Shown piece by piece: positions 40,502-54,424 of a stretch of DNA of 64,000 nucleotides. The notes under the pieces were generated by a model. That model was not told where the DNA came from. It worked only from the letters and a program-made list of their open reading frames with translations, and did no database searches. Both the position numbers and the translations under genes were made by a program. The stretch is from Blastocystis sp. Blastoise. Lineage: Eukaryota > Protista > Bigyra: Opalinata. The stretch covers positions 62,001 through 126,000 of the forward strand of contig JBBPEB010000008.1 of the NCBI GenBank assembly GCA_039096225.1, written 5' to 3'. The first letter of the stretch is position 1. Every line of letters starts with the position of its first letter.

Positions 40502-42173
40502 AATAAAAAAAGAGAAGAATAGAACAAAGTCAATAAATATATTGAATAAAACTAATAATAAATATGAACAAAATTTATTCTTAATAATAAAGAAAATAAT
40601 AATATATAAGCAAAATAAAAAAAGTCAATTATATATATATATATATATATAAGAAAAAACAAGAAGTTAGTGACAAGAAGAACAAGAACTAGGCTTAATA
40701 ACTATATAATAACCTATATAAATATCTATATAATATTATAATTATAATTATAAAGAAAATAAATACAGAAAATATATACATCTAGAATCTGAATATGACT
40801 AATACCAACTAACTCTAATTATAAGCATTTGAGTGTTATAGGTAGTGATTAAGTGAAGAGATCCATGCTTCTCTGTAATTTAAGACCAATCTATTTATCC
40901 AATTAAGTAATTTTTTTTTTGAAAGTATCAAGCCACGCTCAGTTAATATAACCGACCAATTGCTACTCAGTGAGAAAGCCTAAAGAAATAACTTTGTATG
41001 GTGACGTCACATCATCCCATTTAAACCACAATACAATAGCAGACCATCTAGCTCAACCACTTTACACCACTCAGACAAGCTCACCATAGAGAAAGAGAAC
41101 ATAGCACAACAGATCAATCTGCCAATGGAGACTGGAAGGTACTCTACTATACTCCTAGGGCCTATATATAGATAAATATATACTTAAAACATACAAAAAC
41201 GAAATTAATCATATTTTTTATATGATTATTGAAACTTCACTATAAATTAACTTATTAAATTTTATTGAAATCTTAATATTTCTACTTTTTATTATTTATT
41301 ATTTTATTTAAATACTTTAAACCGTTATTCTTACTCCTGATGTCTTCTTGTTGTTGATGGAGTATGTATTTATGTAAATAAAATTAGTTAATTGATTAAT
41401 TATTTATAGAGTGTTACATAAAATGAAATTAATGGTTATGGTCATGAGGAAATCACTAGACTTGATGAAGACAACAAAAATTAGTCGATTATGTGATAGT
41501 CACTAGATTGCCTAAATGTGTTGAACTGTCAGAAAAGGTGAGTTTGTGTGTGTTTGAATTTGAATTCAACATTAATTAAAATACGTCTTTTAGTAATTAA
41601 TTTAATTTTAGGGAAGTTACAAACAGAATCGATTTTTCTTGGTGATATGTTGAGTTAGAATGCCTTTATTTTAATTTTTTATTAGTAATTTGAATTTAAT
41701 TATGACCTATATAAACTAAAGTTAATTATAATAGTTTTCTAGGTAATGTAGATTTGTCAAGGTTCTTTAAAAGTTTTGAAAGTAGTTTATAAATGTTAGA
41801 ATAGATTATTTGTGTCAATCATGTTAATATAAACAGTAGAAATGCTTTTTAAGAGTATAGACAAAGAATGCATTGCGTGTTTATAGACTTCAAGGTGTTA
41901 TTGATGAATATTTATTTTTTATTTGTGTGTAGAATTGATCAATAGGATATATAGCAAAACAAAATAATGAATGTGGTATTCTAAGTGAATGTAATTGTGA
42001 ATGTGTTGTGTGTTGAATATAGTAAACTAAAAACAATATAGAAGAGCGACTAACGATGTATAGAGTTTATTCAATTACATGAAACTCAATATACCCTTTC
42101 ATACTGGCTATAATGAATGAAAATATCTATAGAGAAAAATATTGAAAATTTTTATAAAAAATATAATATATGA

Positions 42174-42241
42174 CCCTAGATCAGGAATTGAACCTGATAA
42201 CAATCTATTAATGATTGCTACTAACCATATTCAGTCTAAGG
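42174..42241 (-). ncRNA. Non-canonical tRNA-like element, copy 2 (68 nt)
   Basis: CCTTAGA CTGAATATGGTTAG TA GCAATC ATTAATA GATTGT TA TCAGGTTCAATTCCTGA TCTAGGG; all four stems pair. Confidence 0.65.
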
Positions 42242-42249
42242 AATATTAA

Positions 42250-42308
42250 TTATTTGAATATAACCATGTATATATGTTTAACAGACAAAAACCCAAAATA
42301 TAATTATA

Positions 42309-42366
<58 letters not shown>

Positions 42367-42473
42367 AATACTCCATTATACCTATTAATAATAATCTATA
42401 TAATAAAAACCTTATAATAAAAGATAACTATTAATATGTGATAAGTATAATGTATCAGAGATATAAAAAGAGA

Positions 42474-42504
<31 letters not shown>

Positions 42505-43002
42505 TTAAAGCCATATATACATAGGAGACAAGCTAAGGATATGTTCTATAAATAGTTAGAGAATAAAGAAAATGAATAATAATATATAAATAAATTTGGT
42601 TAAAATATTAATAAAATACTATATAATAAGCTTTATAAAAATTATTAATATATATATATACAAATAGTTGTATCACTATTATTTATAGTAGTTTCAATTA
42701 GAAGTTTAGATTCTATAGATACATTTAATAACATACATATGAATAACATATATAAATATAAAGAAATATAGATATACATTAGAAAAGAACTAATTAACAG
42801 TAGAAAGTTATATATATATATATATTTAAAAAAAAATTTCAAAAAGTAAAAAGGAAATTGAAAAAAATATATATTTAAATATAATATGAGAACATAATAG
42901 TTATAAGAATAAAAGTAATTAATATATATATAAATATATATTCTGTAGATGGACCATATTAAAATCTCATTAGACACTATATATCTCATAATAACAGAAC
43001 AT

Positions 43003-43042
<40 letters not shown>

Positions 43043-45000
43043 AAATAGAAACATAAAGTTGGAAAACATATAGTAAAGAATTAGATATATATATATATAT
43101 ACAAGAGAGCAGACTTAATATATTACCAAAAATAAATTTCTCACAATTAATTATGTTATATATATATTAATCCTATATATACAAAAATAATATAAATATA
43201 ATATAAAAAATAATAAAATATAAGAGTATATACATAATAATTATTAATCTTTATTTTAAATTAAATACAAAACGATATATAAATAAAAGACAATTAATAT
43301 ACATATATACCACAATACATATACTAACATAATTGAATAAAACATACATAAAGAAGCGCTATGACTATTACTATATGTATGTATAATAAACTATATGGTA
43401 TATGGTATTTAAAAAAGATAATAAATAATAAAGTTGTAGAAAGATAAATGATATAAAAGAGTTAAATAGAAGAATAATTGATATAAAATATTAAATACAC
43501 AAAATATTATCTTTTATATTAATAAAAAAATACATAATATATATAGAATAAGATGATATATATAATAATATATACATAATCAGAATTAAAGGAATATATT
43601 TATATAAATTCATAAGAAACATGAAAGGATGACTTACATATAACTATTAAACTATACATAATATATTATAATATGAATACATATAAAATACTATATATAA
43701 GTATATATATTTATATATATATACTTTGAATATTAATATCAATGATATCTATATATATATATGTATATATATGGATATAAAATAATTACATATATATATA
43801 TATATTAAATATAATAAACATGTATAAATTAATACATAATATATATATAATGAATACAAAATAATTCTATAATATCATATATAAATATATATATTTGTTC
43901 ACTAAAGCAACATTTGAATATGAAATAAAATAACTATATATACATATGTAAGCAAATAGACATATTATGGTAATAATATAATAAAAATAAATAATACATA
44001 ATAATAATTTATATACATATATCTCTAAGTATATATATATAACTTATAAAACTAAATAAAACTAAATAAATAAACACATATAATGTGATAGTTATTAAAT
44101 ATATTTATACATATAGAATGAATATATAATAAATATTAATAATAATAATAATAATAATAACATGAATAAGAAATAAAAAGTATAAATAATCTAAATAATG
44201 ATAATTAGTAAAACGTATCTATTTGTATAAACTACATACTTTATAGATTAAAAATGAAAGAAGAATGAAGTATATAACTCAAAATGGAATATAATATATA
44301 ATATAATATATAATATAATATATATATACTAAAAAATAATCTTGAATATAACAATAACTATTCACTATATAAAAAATGACATATAGCTAATAATAGAAAT
44401 ATAATATATATATAATCATTGTTTAAAAATAAAATAAAAGATAATAAACAACATAATACTAATAAGAGATAAAGAATAATAGAAAAGTAATATAACATAT
44501 ATATTTACATAAAAAGAATATGTATTATGTAGTAATATCGATTATAGAAAGCAAACCATTCAATGGCAGTAATAATTCTATATATATATATAAGTTTAAG
44601 AATAAAAAACAATAGATTATAAAAAGAAAAAGAAAATGTATAACATAATATTATATTATATACAAAATATTCTAGACAAATTATTAAAATATAAATTAAT
44701 AAATAGGAATATATATTTATATATACATTGTGTGATTGCTAATAAGATAATACTTAAATATTATAATAAATAATGTAATCTATATACATATGTTATTAAT
44801 ATAAATATATATATATATACATATATAAACAAGAATATATGTAGATATATATACTATATGTATATAATGAGTTGATTATCCAAGTGATCATTAATACGTC
44901 TATATATGATAATATATAATAAATAATATTATATATATATAATGAATAAAAGGAATAAAAATGATAAATAAATAATATATATATATATATATATATCAGA
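42250..45000. other. Extremely AT-rich, A-biased non-coding core
   Basis: Very few G/C, many TA runs, no credible ORF. Confidence 0.6.
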
Positions 45001-45962
45001 ATCAACTATTGATGATGATGTTTAAGTTCTAATAAATATATATACTTTTAACTGAATATATGTAAAATAATCTTGACATAATCATTGTTTTGTTTCTGTT
45101 ATACCTATAGAAGATATGATAATTATTATATATATATATACCTTCAATAATTCAATGATACTATGAATTTGAAAGATAATAAAACTTCAAACAACTGATC
45201 ATTCACCATTTCTATATAATAATATGAGGTATATTGATAATAATAAAAATATATACTTGTAAGATCATGAGAGAAGTCATTAAAATAATAAAAAGACCTA
45301 GGTAACATTCTTCTCAGTAAATGTAATTCATTTAATTTTTTCTTTCAAATTCTTCACTATATAATAATTAAATATAGAAACAAAATATAAAACAATATAC
45401 TACTAGAGCATACTAAAACCAAAATTGCCAATCAAGAAATTATGACAAATATAGTTTCTTCCAATATTGAATAGCGAACGTCATCAGGCTCTCTAAATCA
45501 TGTTTTCAAACCTATAGATATAATATTAATTCAAATAAACATATACCTGAAAGAATGAATCACCAATTGGCTTATTATTTGGATTTATTTCATTCCTAAT
45601 CTATAATAATATGCATATAAAAATATAATATAAATATAAAGTATAAAATAACCTTCTAAATAATTAAATAATCCATATAATAATATTTAAAAAATATACT
45701 CTTTCAGCAGTTCATTTAAGCCGATGCTGAATAAGACTTTCACGGATTGAAGTGATTCTAAAAAACTTTAAGAATAGGGAACATATCAAAAAAGACTTTT
45801 TATCCCAAACTTTGAATCTCTAGAAATTATTTTTAAAACTTGTTCACTGAATCACAAAAAAGTTTTTATCAAAGAGGTTGTTTCCGCTATTTAGGCTGAT
45901 TTATCCCTGTTTCCATCCTCAGAATGATTATTTCTTGAGATTCAAATATTGATTTATTTCAT
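44990..45962 (-). pseudogene. Decayed multi-exon gene or spliced non-coding transcript
   Basis: About six exon-like blocks bounded by GTATAT...TATAG splice-like signals (acceptors near 45601, 45512, 45357, 45212, 45105), but stops in all frames. Confidence 0.4.
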
Positions 45963-46595
45963 ATATTGTCATTATAAACATATAAAATGAATCTACGTAT
46001 GTTTTCTAGTCATAAATATATATGTTATATAGTTTACTCTCTTCAAATATTTTGTTTTATATAGTAATCAGTTGATCAATTGGTTGCGTATTGTTTAGAT
46101 ATTCAGAAAAAGCTATATCTAGTTTCAAATCAACTCTAAAGGTCTTGGTGAACAATAAAGATGAATCTAAGGTATATAATTATTTTACATTTTCTCATTT
46201 TGTTTATTCTTTGCTATATTTATTTCATGTCTATGCTATTAGTATATTTTTATCATTCACATAACATATTTATTTTGTTTTCATTAGTATTATTATTTTT
46301 ATAATTGAATTAGCTCCTACTTTTCTATCTAGTTGTTTCTTTAATATATATATACTTTTATCTATTTAATTTATTCTACGTATTTATTTCTTTAGTAAAA
46401 CCAATCAAACTGAAGCACAACCTGGGAATCAGATTGCAATGATTCAAGTCTTTATTAAGGTATATATGTATTTAATAATATATTTAGTTTGTTTTAACTG
46501 ACTATTAATAATATATATGTTATTTTTTGTCTTTATAATATTATTATTATTCTATTTTTATAATATTATATATTCTTTAGATTTATTGGTATTAA

Positions 46596-49500
46596 TTCTT
46601 CATTCTTCATTCTTCATTCTTCATTCTTCATTCTTCATTCTTTATTGTTAATTCTTCATTCTTAATTCTTCATTCTTCATTCTTAATCTTTATTCTTTAT
46701 TCTTTATTGTTAATTCTTCATTCTTAATTCTACTGTACATCTTACTCTAGTTTTTCTTCTTTTATGTATAGATATAAACTTTTCTTTTCTTTACTATTAC
46801 CTCTTCACAAATTCTACTATTACTTCTTCGTCCTTCTCATTATACTTCTTATCCCTATCCTTTTCATTATTCTTCATTCTTCTTATCCTTTCATGATTCT
46901 TCTTTTTCTTCTACTTTACTTCTTCTAATGCTTCTTTCACCTTTACATCTTATTTTACTTTTCATTATTCTTCTTCTCTACTATACTTCCTTTCCACTTC
47001 TCCTTCTCATTATAGATTTACTTCTTGTTCTCATTATTATTGTTTTTTCTTCTTTTATTATCCTTCTACATCTTCTTATTCTTATTGTTTTTTCTTCTTC
47101 TTTTCTTTTTTCTCTCGTTATCATTTCCATTCCATTTTGTTCCTTTTTTTTCCTTATTCTCCTTGCAATTCTTCTCCTTTAGCTTCTTTCTTCTTTCCTT
47201 CTTTCCTTCATTCTTCTATTCCTACTTGTACTTCTACTCATATTTTTTCTACTACTACTTACTCTTTTATTTTTTCTTCTATTTCTACAGCTACACTACT
47301 AATAATAATACTTCTTATTATTCTACTTATATTTCTGCTTATATTTCTACTTGTAGTTCTGCTTTTACTCCTACTCCTACTCGTGCTTTTGCTTCTACTA
47401 CTTTATTCTTCTCATTCTTCTTATACTTATACTTCTTCTTGCTATTATCTTTCTCTTTCTCTTTTCTTCTTCTTCTTTTTTTCTATATTCAATTTCTCAT
47501 TCTTCTTCTTCTTCTTCTTCTTCTTCTCATTTTTCTTCTCATTTTTCTTCTTCTAATAATTCTCATTTTCTTATTCCTAATACTTCTATTTATACTTCTG
47601 TTTCTACTACTATATTTTTATTTATTTATTTTTCTCCTTCTACGTCTACTTTTTTGTCTCCATCTCTATCTCCTTTTTTTATTCTCATTCTATTTATGCT
47701 TTTACTTTTCTTTATCCTTCTTCTTGTTTTTCTTCTCATTCTTATCCTTCTTATTCTTCTTCTTGTTCTTGTTCTTGTTCTTGTTCTTCTTGTTCTTGAC
47801 ATTCCTTCCTCTCCTTCTTGTCCTTCTTCTTCTTCTTCTTGAAATTCCTTCATCTCCTTCTTGTCCTTCTTCTCCTTCTTCTTCTTCTCTTTCTTCTCCT
47901 CCTCCTCTTTGTCCTTCTTCTTATAATTGTTCTTCTTATCCTTTTCTTTCTCTTTCCTCTTTTTTCCACAACTTTTCTTTTTCCTTCTTATCCTTCTTCT
48001 TATAATTGTTCTTCTCCTCCTCCTCTTTGTCCTTCTTGTCCTTCTTGTCCTTCTTGTCCTTCTCTTTCTCTTTCCTATTCTACTTCTTATTCATATTTTG
48101 CTCCTCTCCTTCTCTCTCTTTTTATTCTCTTCTTGCTCCACATTTTATTTTCATGTTTCTTCTTGCTCCATATATTCTTCTCTGTCTTCTTCTTCTTATA
48201 CTTCCACTTCTTATCCTTCTCATTCTACTTATCCTTACCTTCTACTGTTTTTTCCTGATTATGCTTATTCTTGGTTTATTCTTATTTTCTTCTCTTTCTT
48301 CTTTTTCTTATTCTTCTACTTCTTCTACTTCTCCTACTTTTTGCCATTCTTGTCATTCTCCTCCTCCTTCATGTCCTTCTTCTCCTCCTCCTTCTTCTTC
48401 TTCTTCTTCTTCTTCTTCTTCTTCTTCTTCTTCTTCTTCTTCTTCTTCTTCTCCTTCTCCTTCTCCTTTTTTCTATTCTTCTTCTTCTTCTTTCACCTTT
48501 ACACCATATTTTTCTTCTCCTTAATCTTCTTCTATACTTATGCTTCCTTGATGCTTCTTGTTCTCTTTGTTGTTGATATCTTCTTTTATTATCCTTCCAC
48601 ATATTCGTATTCATATTTTCTTCTCCGTCTTCTACTTTTACTTCTTTATCTTATTCAGCTTCTTCTTATATTTCACATTCTTCTTCTTATTCAACTTCTC
48701 CTTATATTTCAATTTCTCTTTCTTCTTCTTATTATTATTATACTCTTTCTTCTCTTTTTCTTTCATATTTTACTTTCTCCTTTTCTTTCATCGTCTTATT
48801 TATATTTTCGTTTTTCTTCTACTTCTCTAGTTACTTATACTTCTTTTTTCTATTGTAATTTCTACCTTACTTCTCATCCCTATTTTCCTTCTTCTTAATC
48901 TTCTAATACTCCAATTATTTATTCTTACACTTATTCTCGTTCTACTTCACCTCCTACTTCTTTTCCTGTCTTCTTTTGATTCTTCTTCTATTTCATCTTT
49001 TTATTCTTTTTCTATTTCATTTAGTATTCTTAGTGTTATTCCTATTTTTTTTTCCATTTCATTATCCTTATTATTTTACTTTCCATTTTCTGTCTACTTC
49101 TTAATCAACTTCTACTACTTATTCACCTTTCGCTTTTTATTCTTATTCACATTATATTTCTCACCCTCATTCTACTTCTACTTCTTATTGTATTTCTTAT
49201 TCATTTCATATTCTTATTCCTATTCTCATTATCTTTCATACTCTTCTTCTACTTCTACTTCCTAATCTTTTCTCTTATTATTCTCCTTCTACTTCTTATT
49301 CTATAAATTTTACTAACATTATCTTTCTCTCTATTATTCTATTTGTAGTTATACATTTTAACCTTATTTTCTTTTTCTAATTAGTATTCTTTTTCTAATT
49401 AGTATTTTTCTTCTACTTCTACTTAGCCTTATTTCTTATTCTTCTTCTTCTTATTAGTATCATTCTAACATTTTTCCTTCTTTTGATTCACTTCTGCTTC

Positions 49501-52500
49501 TTATATTCATTATTCGTATTCTTCATTTTCTTATTATTTATTCTATTTCCTCATCTTATTACTTTCCTTCTTCTTCTTGTTTTCTTTATACTTTTCAATC
49601 TCTGTTCTATTCTACTATTCCTATTTTCCTTCTTATTCTTCTTTATCTCTTCCTTTTTCTCCTTCTATTTTATTTTAATTTCTCCTTTTTAGTCTTCTTA
49701 TTCTTATTCTTATTCTTATTCTTATTCTTATTCTTATTCTTATTTTTTCCAGATTCTTCTTTTTTTGCCTTTCTTCTACTTTCTTGTCTATTTCTCATTA
49801 TTCTATTTGTACGTTTCTCATTTCTTATTCTTCATATTCTTCTGCTTTTATGTATTTTTTTTCTAAATTCGTCTCATTTTGCTTCTATTTCTTCTTCTAC
49901 ATTTTATTTATATTCCTATTATCTTTCTTATTTTCATTCTACTTTTCTTTTCACTTTATTCTGTTTCTCGCTCTACTTCTTCTTCTACTTTATCTTCTTC
50001 TTCTCCTATTCACTATCTTCTCTTTCTTCTATATCTTTGTTTACTCTATATTTTGTCTCCTCCTTATTCCTTTAATTTGTAGTATCATTCATTTTCTTAT
50101 TTTCATTCCTGTTCTTGTTCTCATTCTTATTATTATATTTCTTCTTTTTTTACATTTTTTCTCCTCACTAAAAATGTAATTCTTCTCGTTCTCTTTCTAC
50201 TTCTTCTTTTTCTTTTTGTGATTCTTATTTTGCTTCACATTCTCCTTTTCCTTCTATTTCTCTTTATCTTCCTTATTATCAGCCTTCCTATTTTTCTTCA
50301 ACATTACCTTCTACTTCTGTTCTACTCCTTATCTCCTTTTTCTTTATACTCCTCCTTATACTTCTACTTATTCTTCTTATTCTTATTCCTATTATCTTTC
50401 ATGATTTTCCTTTTTCTTATCATTTTCAATCTCATTATTCTATTTCTAATTATTTTTCTTTTTCTTTTTCTTCTTCTTCTATCCATACTTATTAAAGTTT
50501 GCTTTTTATTATTCTTTTACTTCTCGTTCTATTTCTCAAAATTTTACTCCTTTTTACTTTTCCTTATTCTTCTTCTCCTCCTCCTCCTCCTCCTCCTCCT
50601 TATTCTTCTGTTTCTTCTTTTTTACTACTTCTCCTTACTATTATTATTATTATTATTCTTATATTTACCTTCTTTTCCTTATACTTCTTCTTCTTCTTCT
50701 TCTTATATTTACCTTCTTTTCCTTATACTTCTTCTTCTTCTTCTTATATTTACCTTCTTTTATTTATACTTCTTCTACTTCAGCTTCTTTCCTTCTTTTC
50801 TTTATTCTTCTATTTCTACTTGCTTATACTCATATTTCTACGACTACTACTTACTCTTATTCTTTTTCTTCCATTTCGACTTCTACACTATTACTAATAC
50901 TACTTCTCATTCTTCTACTTATATTTCTACTTATATTTCTATTCTACTTCGCTTGTACTCCAACTCCAACTCCTACTTCTACTTCTATTTCTACTACTTC
51001 TTATACTTCTACATTCACTTCTATTACAACTACTTCTTTTTCTTCTCATTATCTTTGTGCTTATACTTCTCCTTGTTCTTCTCTTTCTGTTTCTCTTTCT
51101 TCTCTTCTTCTTCTTCTTCTATTTCTTTTCTATATTCTATTTCTCATTCTTCTACTACTAATTCTCCTTTTCCTTCTATTTCTATTTCTACTTCTACACT
51201 ATTACTAATACTTTTATTTCTTTTTCATGCTCATTCTACTTCTTCTTATTCGTCTGCTTCTATATCTCCTTCCTATTCTTCTTTTATTTATACTTTTACT
51301 TTTACTTCTTTTTCTTCTCCACCTTCTTCTTCTTCTATTTTTCCTTTTCCAACTATTATTGCTTCTATTTCTACTTCTATACTACTATTTCTTTCTCTTT
51401 CTCTTTTTCATTCTTCTCATTCTCATTCTCTTTCTCTTTCTTTTTCTCTTGTTCCTTTTTTTCTTTCTCTTTCTGTTTTTACTTCTCCTTCTCTATTCCT
51501 TCTTCTACTCTTCCTTCTGCTTCTTCTTATCCTTCTTCTACTCTTGCTTCTCCTTTTTCTACTTTTCCTTCTGCTTCTTCTTATCCTTCTCCCTCTTCTC
51601 TTTCCTTTTTCTATTCGTCTCTTTCTCGTTCTTTCTTCCTTCTCCTCCTTCTCTTTGTCATTCTTCTACTCTTCCCCTTCTTATCATTATCCTTCTTATT
51701 CTCCTTCTTATTCATATTTTGCTCCTCTCCTTCTATTCTCTTTTTAGTCTTCTTGTTCCATATTTTATATGTTTCTTTTTCTACTTCCACATATTTTCTA
51801 CTTCTACGTCTTCTTCTTCTTATTATCCTTATACTTCTTCTTATAATCATTCTTATTTTCCCTTTGTTCTCCTTCTCCTTCTATTTCTTCTTCTTCTTGT
51901 CATTCTTCTCCTTCTCCTTCTCCTTCTCCTTCTCCTTCTACTTCTACTTCTACTTCTACTTCTACTTCTACTTCTACTTCTACTTCTACTTCTACTTCTA
52001 CTTCTACTTCTACTTCTTCTTCTCCTTCTCTTGTTCCTTCTTCTGCTTTTCGTTCTTCTCGTTCATCTCTTGCTCCATCTTGTCCTTCTCTTTGTCATTC
52101 TTATCCTCTTATCTTTCTTATCCTTCTTATCCTTCTCCTTCCTATTCATATTTTACTCCTCTCCTTCTATTCTCTTTTTAGTCTCTTCTTGTTCCACATT
52201 TTATTTTCATGTTTTTTCTTTTATTTCCACATATTCTTCTCCCTTCTCCATCTTCTTCTTTTTATTATCCTTGTACTTCTACTTCTAATCATTCTCATGC
52301 TACTTATCCTTAGCTTCTACTGATGTTTTCATTATTAAACTTATTTTTGGTTTATTCTTATTTTCCTTGTCCTTCTTCTTTATTCTTCTTATCCTTATTC
52401 TTATCTTTCTTGTCCTTATCGTTGTACTCCCTTTTCTTGCCTTTCATCTTTTCCTTGTCCTTGTACTTGTACTTGTCCTGCTTCTTCTGCTTCTTCTTGT

Positions 52501-53400
52501 TGTTCTTCTCCTTCTCCTTCTTATCCTTCTACTTCTACTTCTACTTTTTTTTTCTTCTTCTTCTACTTCTTCTTTTTTTTATACTTCTAATCATTCTTAT
52601 TCTCCTTCTTCTTATCTTCTACTGATGTTTTCCTTATTATGTTTATTCTTGGTTTATTCTTATTTTCTTCTTATTTTCTTCTTATTCTTCTACTTCTACT
52701 TCTACTTCTACTTCTACATCTTGTCATTCTTCTCATTCTCATTCTTCTTCTTTTTCTTCCTTTTCTTCTTCTAGAATTACTTCTACTTCTACTTCTACTT
52801 AATTACATCTACTTCTACTTCTACTTCACTACTTTTTTTTTACTTATACATCCACATATACTTCTACTTTTTCTATATCTTCTATATCTATATCTACTTC
52901 ACTACTTCTTATTATTGTTATTCTTCTCATTCTACTTCTACTTTTTTTCTCCTCCTTCTTCTATTTCTATTTCTCTTTCTTCTTTTTCCCCTTTTCTTTC
53001 TCATTCTCATTCTTGATATACTTCTTATAAGTCTATTTCTACTTGTTCTTCTTCTTCCACTTATTATTATTATTATGATTCTTCTTCTTCTTCTTCTTCT
53101 TCTTATAGTGGTATAACTATACTATTACTTCTTCTTACACTACTACTGCATCTTCTTATATTTTGTATAATATTCTTCTTCTTATACTACTACTTCTTCA
53201 ATTATTATTATTTACTTTCCTCTTCTTCTATTATTATTCATCATTCTTATGTTGCTATTTCATTACTTGCTCCTATTAATCCTAATTTCTCCTTTATCTT
53301 CCTTATACATATTTAGTTACTTTATTTTCCAAATTCTTCTTATTATGAAACAAATTTTACTATATTGATAGATTATTCTCCTTCTTCTGGTTGTACCTAT
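46596..53400. repeat. 6.8-kb polypyrimidine (CT-rich on +) tract with degenerate internal duplications
   Basis: (TTC)n, (TTCTAC)n, (TTCTCC)n and (TTCATTC)n runs; duplicated blocks near 47210/50805, 48085/51706/52141 and 48236/52312/52615. Confidence 0.88.
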
Positions 53401-53787
53401 AACTCCTGTTTCTTCATATATTACTGTCCATACTTCGATTCAGATTTTTATTACTAGTCTTCTATTTATTTTTATTCTTATCTCTATTATTCAAACTTTA
53501 TTAGTATCTGAATTGATATAAACTCTTTTCTCTTATTAATGAATTATATTACTAATTAGTCACTGATGTTGCAATTATATTCTCATTTTCAAAATATTGA
53601 TATATGTATTCAAATATAAATATATTATTTAGTTAATGAATTCAAATAATTCAGTTTTTAGTAACATAATAATGTTATTACTCTCCTTGTTAATGAATAA
53701 TACGTGTACCATATTATATTATACTGGCTAATAAATATACAAATTATTCATACTGAGTTGTTCTACATGATGAATATAAACCAAACA

Positions 53788-53920
53788 ATATATGAATATA
53801 TGATGATATTAGATGAATATATATATGAATATATGATGATATAAGATGAATATATATATGAATACATGATGATATAAGAAGAATATATATATGAATATAT
53901 GATGCTATTAGATGAATATA
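53788..53920. repeat. ~33-bp tandem repeat (about 4 copies) just 3' of the transposase gene
   Basis: ATATATGAATATATGATGATATWAGATGAAT units. Confidence 0.75.
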
Positions 53921-54015
53921 TAATATAAGAGTAGTTATGAAGAAGAAATAGAAAATTTTTATTCTTAAAGAAGTTGATTTAGATGATTATAAATATATAC
54001 TTATTAATGTTCTCA

Positions 54016-54384
54016 TTAAACACTTGAAGTGTTTAATCGTTTAGCATTATATGAATTTTCAGTAGTTGATATATTACTTTCATTCAAGAACCCACTTATA
54101 TCTTCTTCAGATGTATTAGTTGGAATGTCTTGATCCATACTAGGTATATCTATACTATCTGATTCTCTTGCCTTCTGAAGAATTGACTCATTTGAAGTTA
54201 TTGATTCCATAAGTGATTCAAGTGCTGGCATATTTCGTTTTATTTGCCAAGATTCATGACGATAATAGTAAGATTTAAAATTAGAAAAATTCACTTTAGA
54301 AGGTCTTCCAGATGATCTAATAGTATACTTTGGACTTGATATAGAAGATGTATTTACAGAATTGATAATGTTACTACTCACTGA

Positions 54385-54424
<40 letters not shown>

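Noticed and set aside
40800-41165. rRNA, snRNA or telomerase RNA
   Set aside because: No recognisable conserved U1/U2/U6/rRNA motifs and no CCCTAA template were seen.
42174-42241. Functional tRNA-Leu(UAA) or ochre suppressor
   Set aside because: It lacks the long variable arm, U8 and purine 37, and a UUA anticodon register would break the stem; reported as tRNA-like instead.
38430-45962. Possible stop-codon reassignment (E/K-rich frames dotted with TAA/TAG/TGA)
   Set aside because: Stop density is about what AT-rich random sequence gives, all three stops occur, and the real genes in the window have long frames ending at standard stops.
38861-53016. Long F/L/S/Y-rich ORFs (up to 509 aa) resembling membrane proteins
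   Set aside because: Pyrimidine-rich strands lack stop codons by composition; ORFs overlap in all three frames and show no domain motifs.
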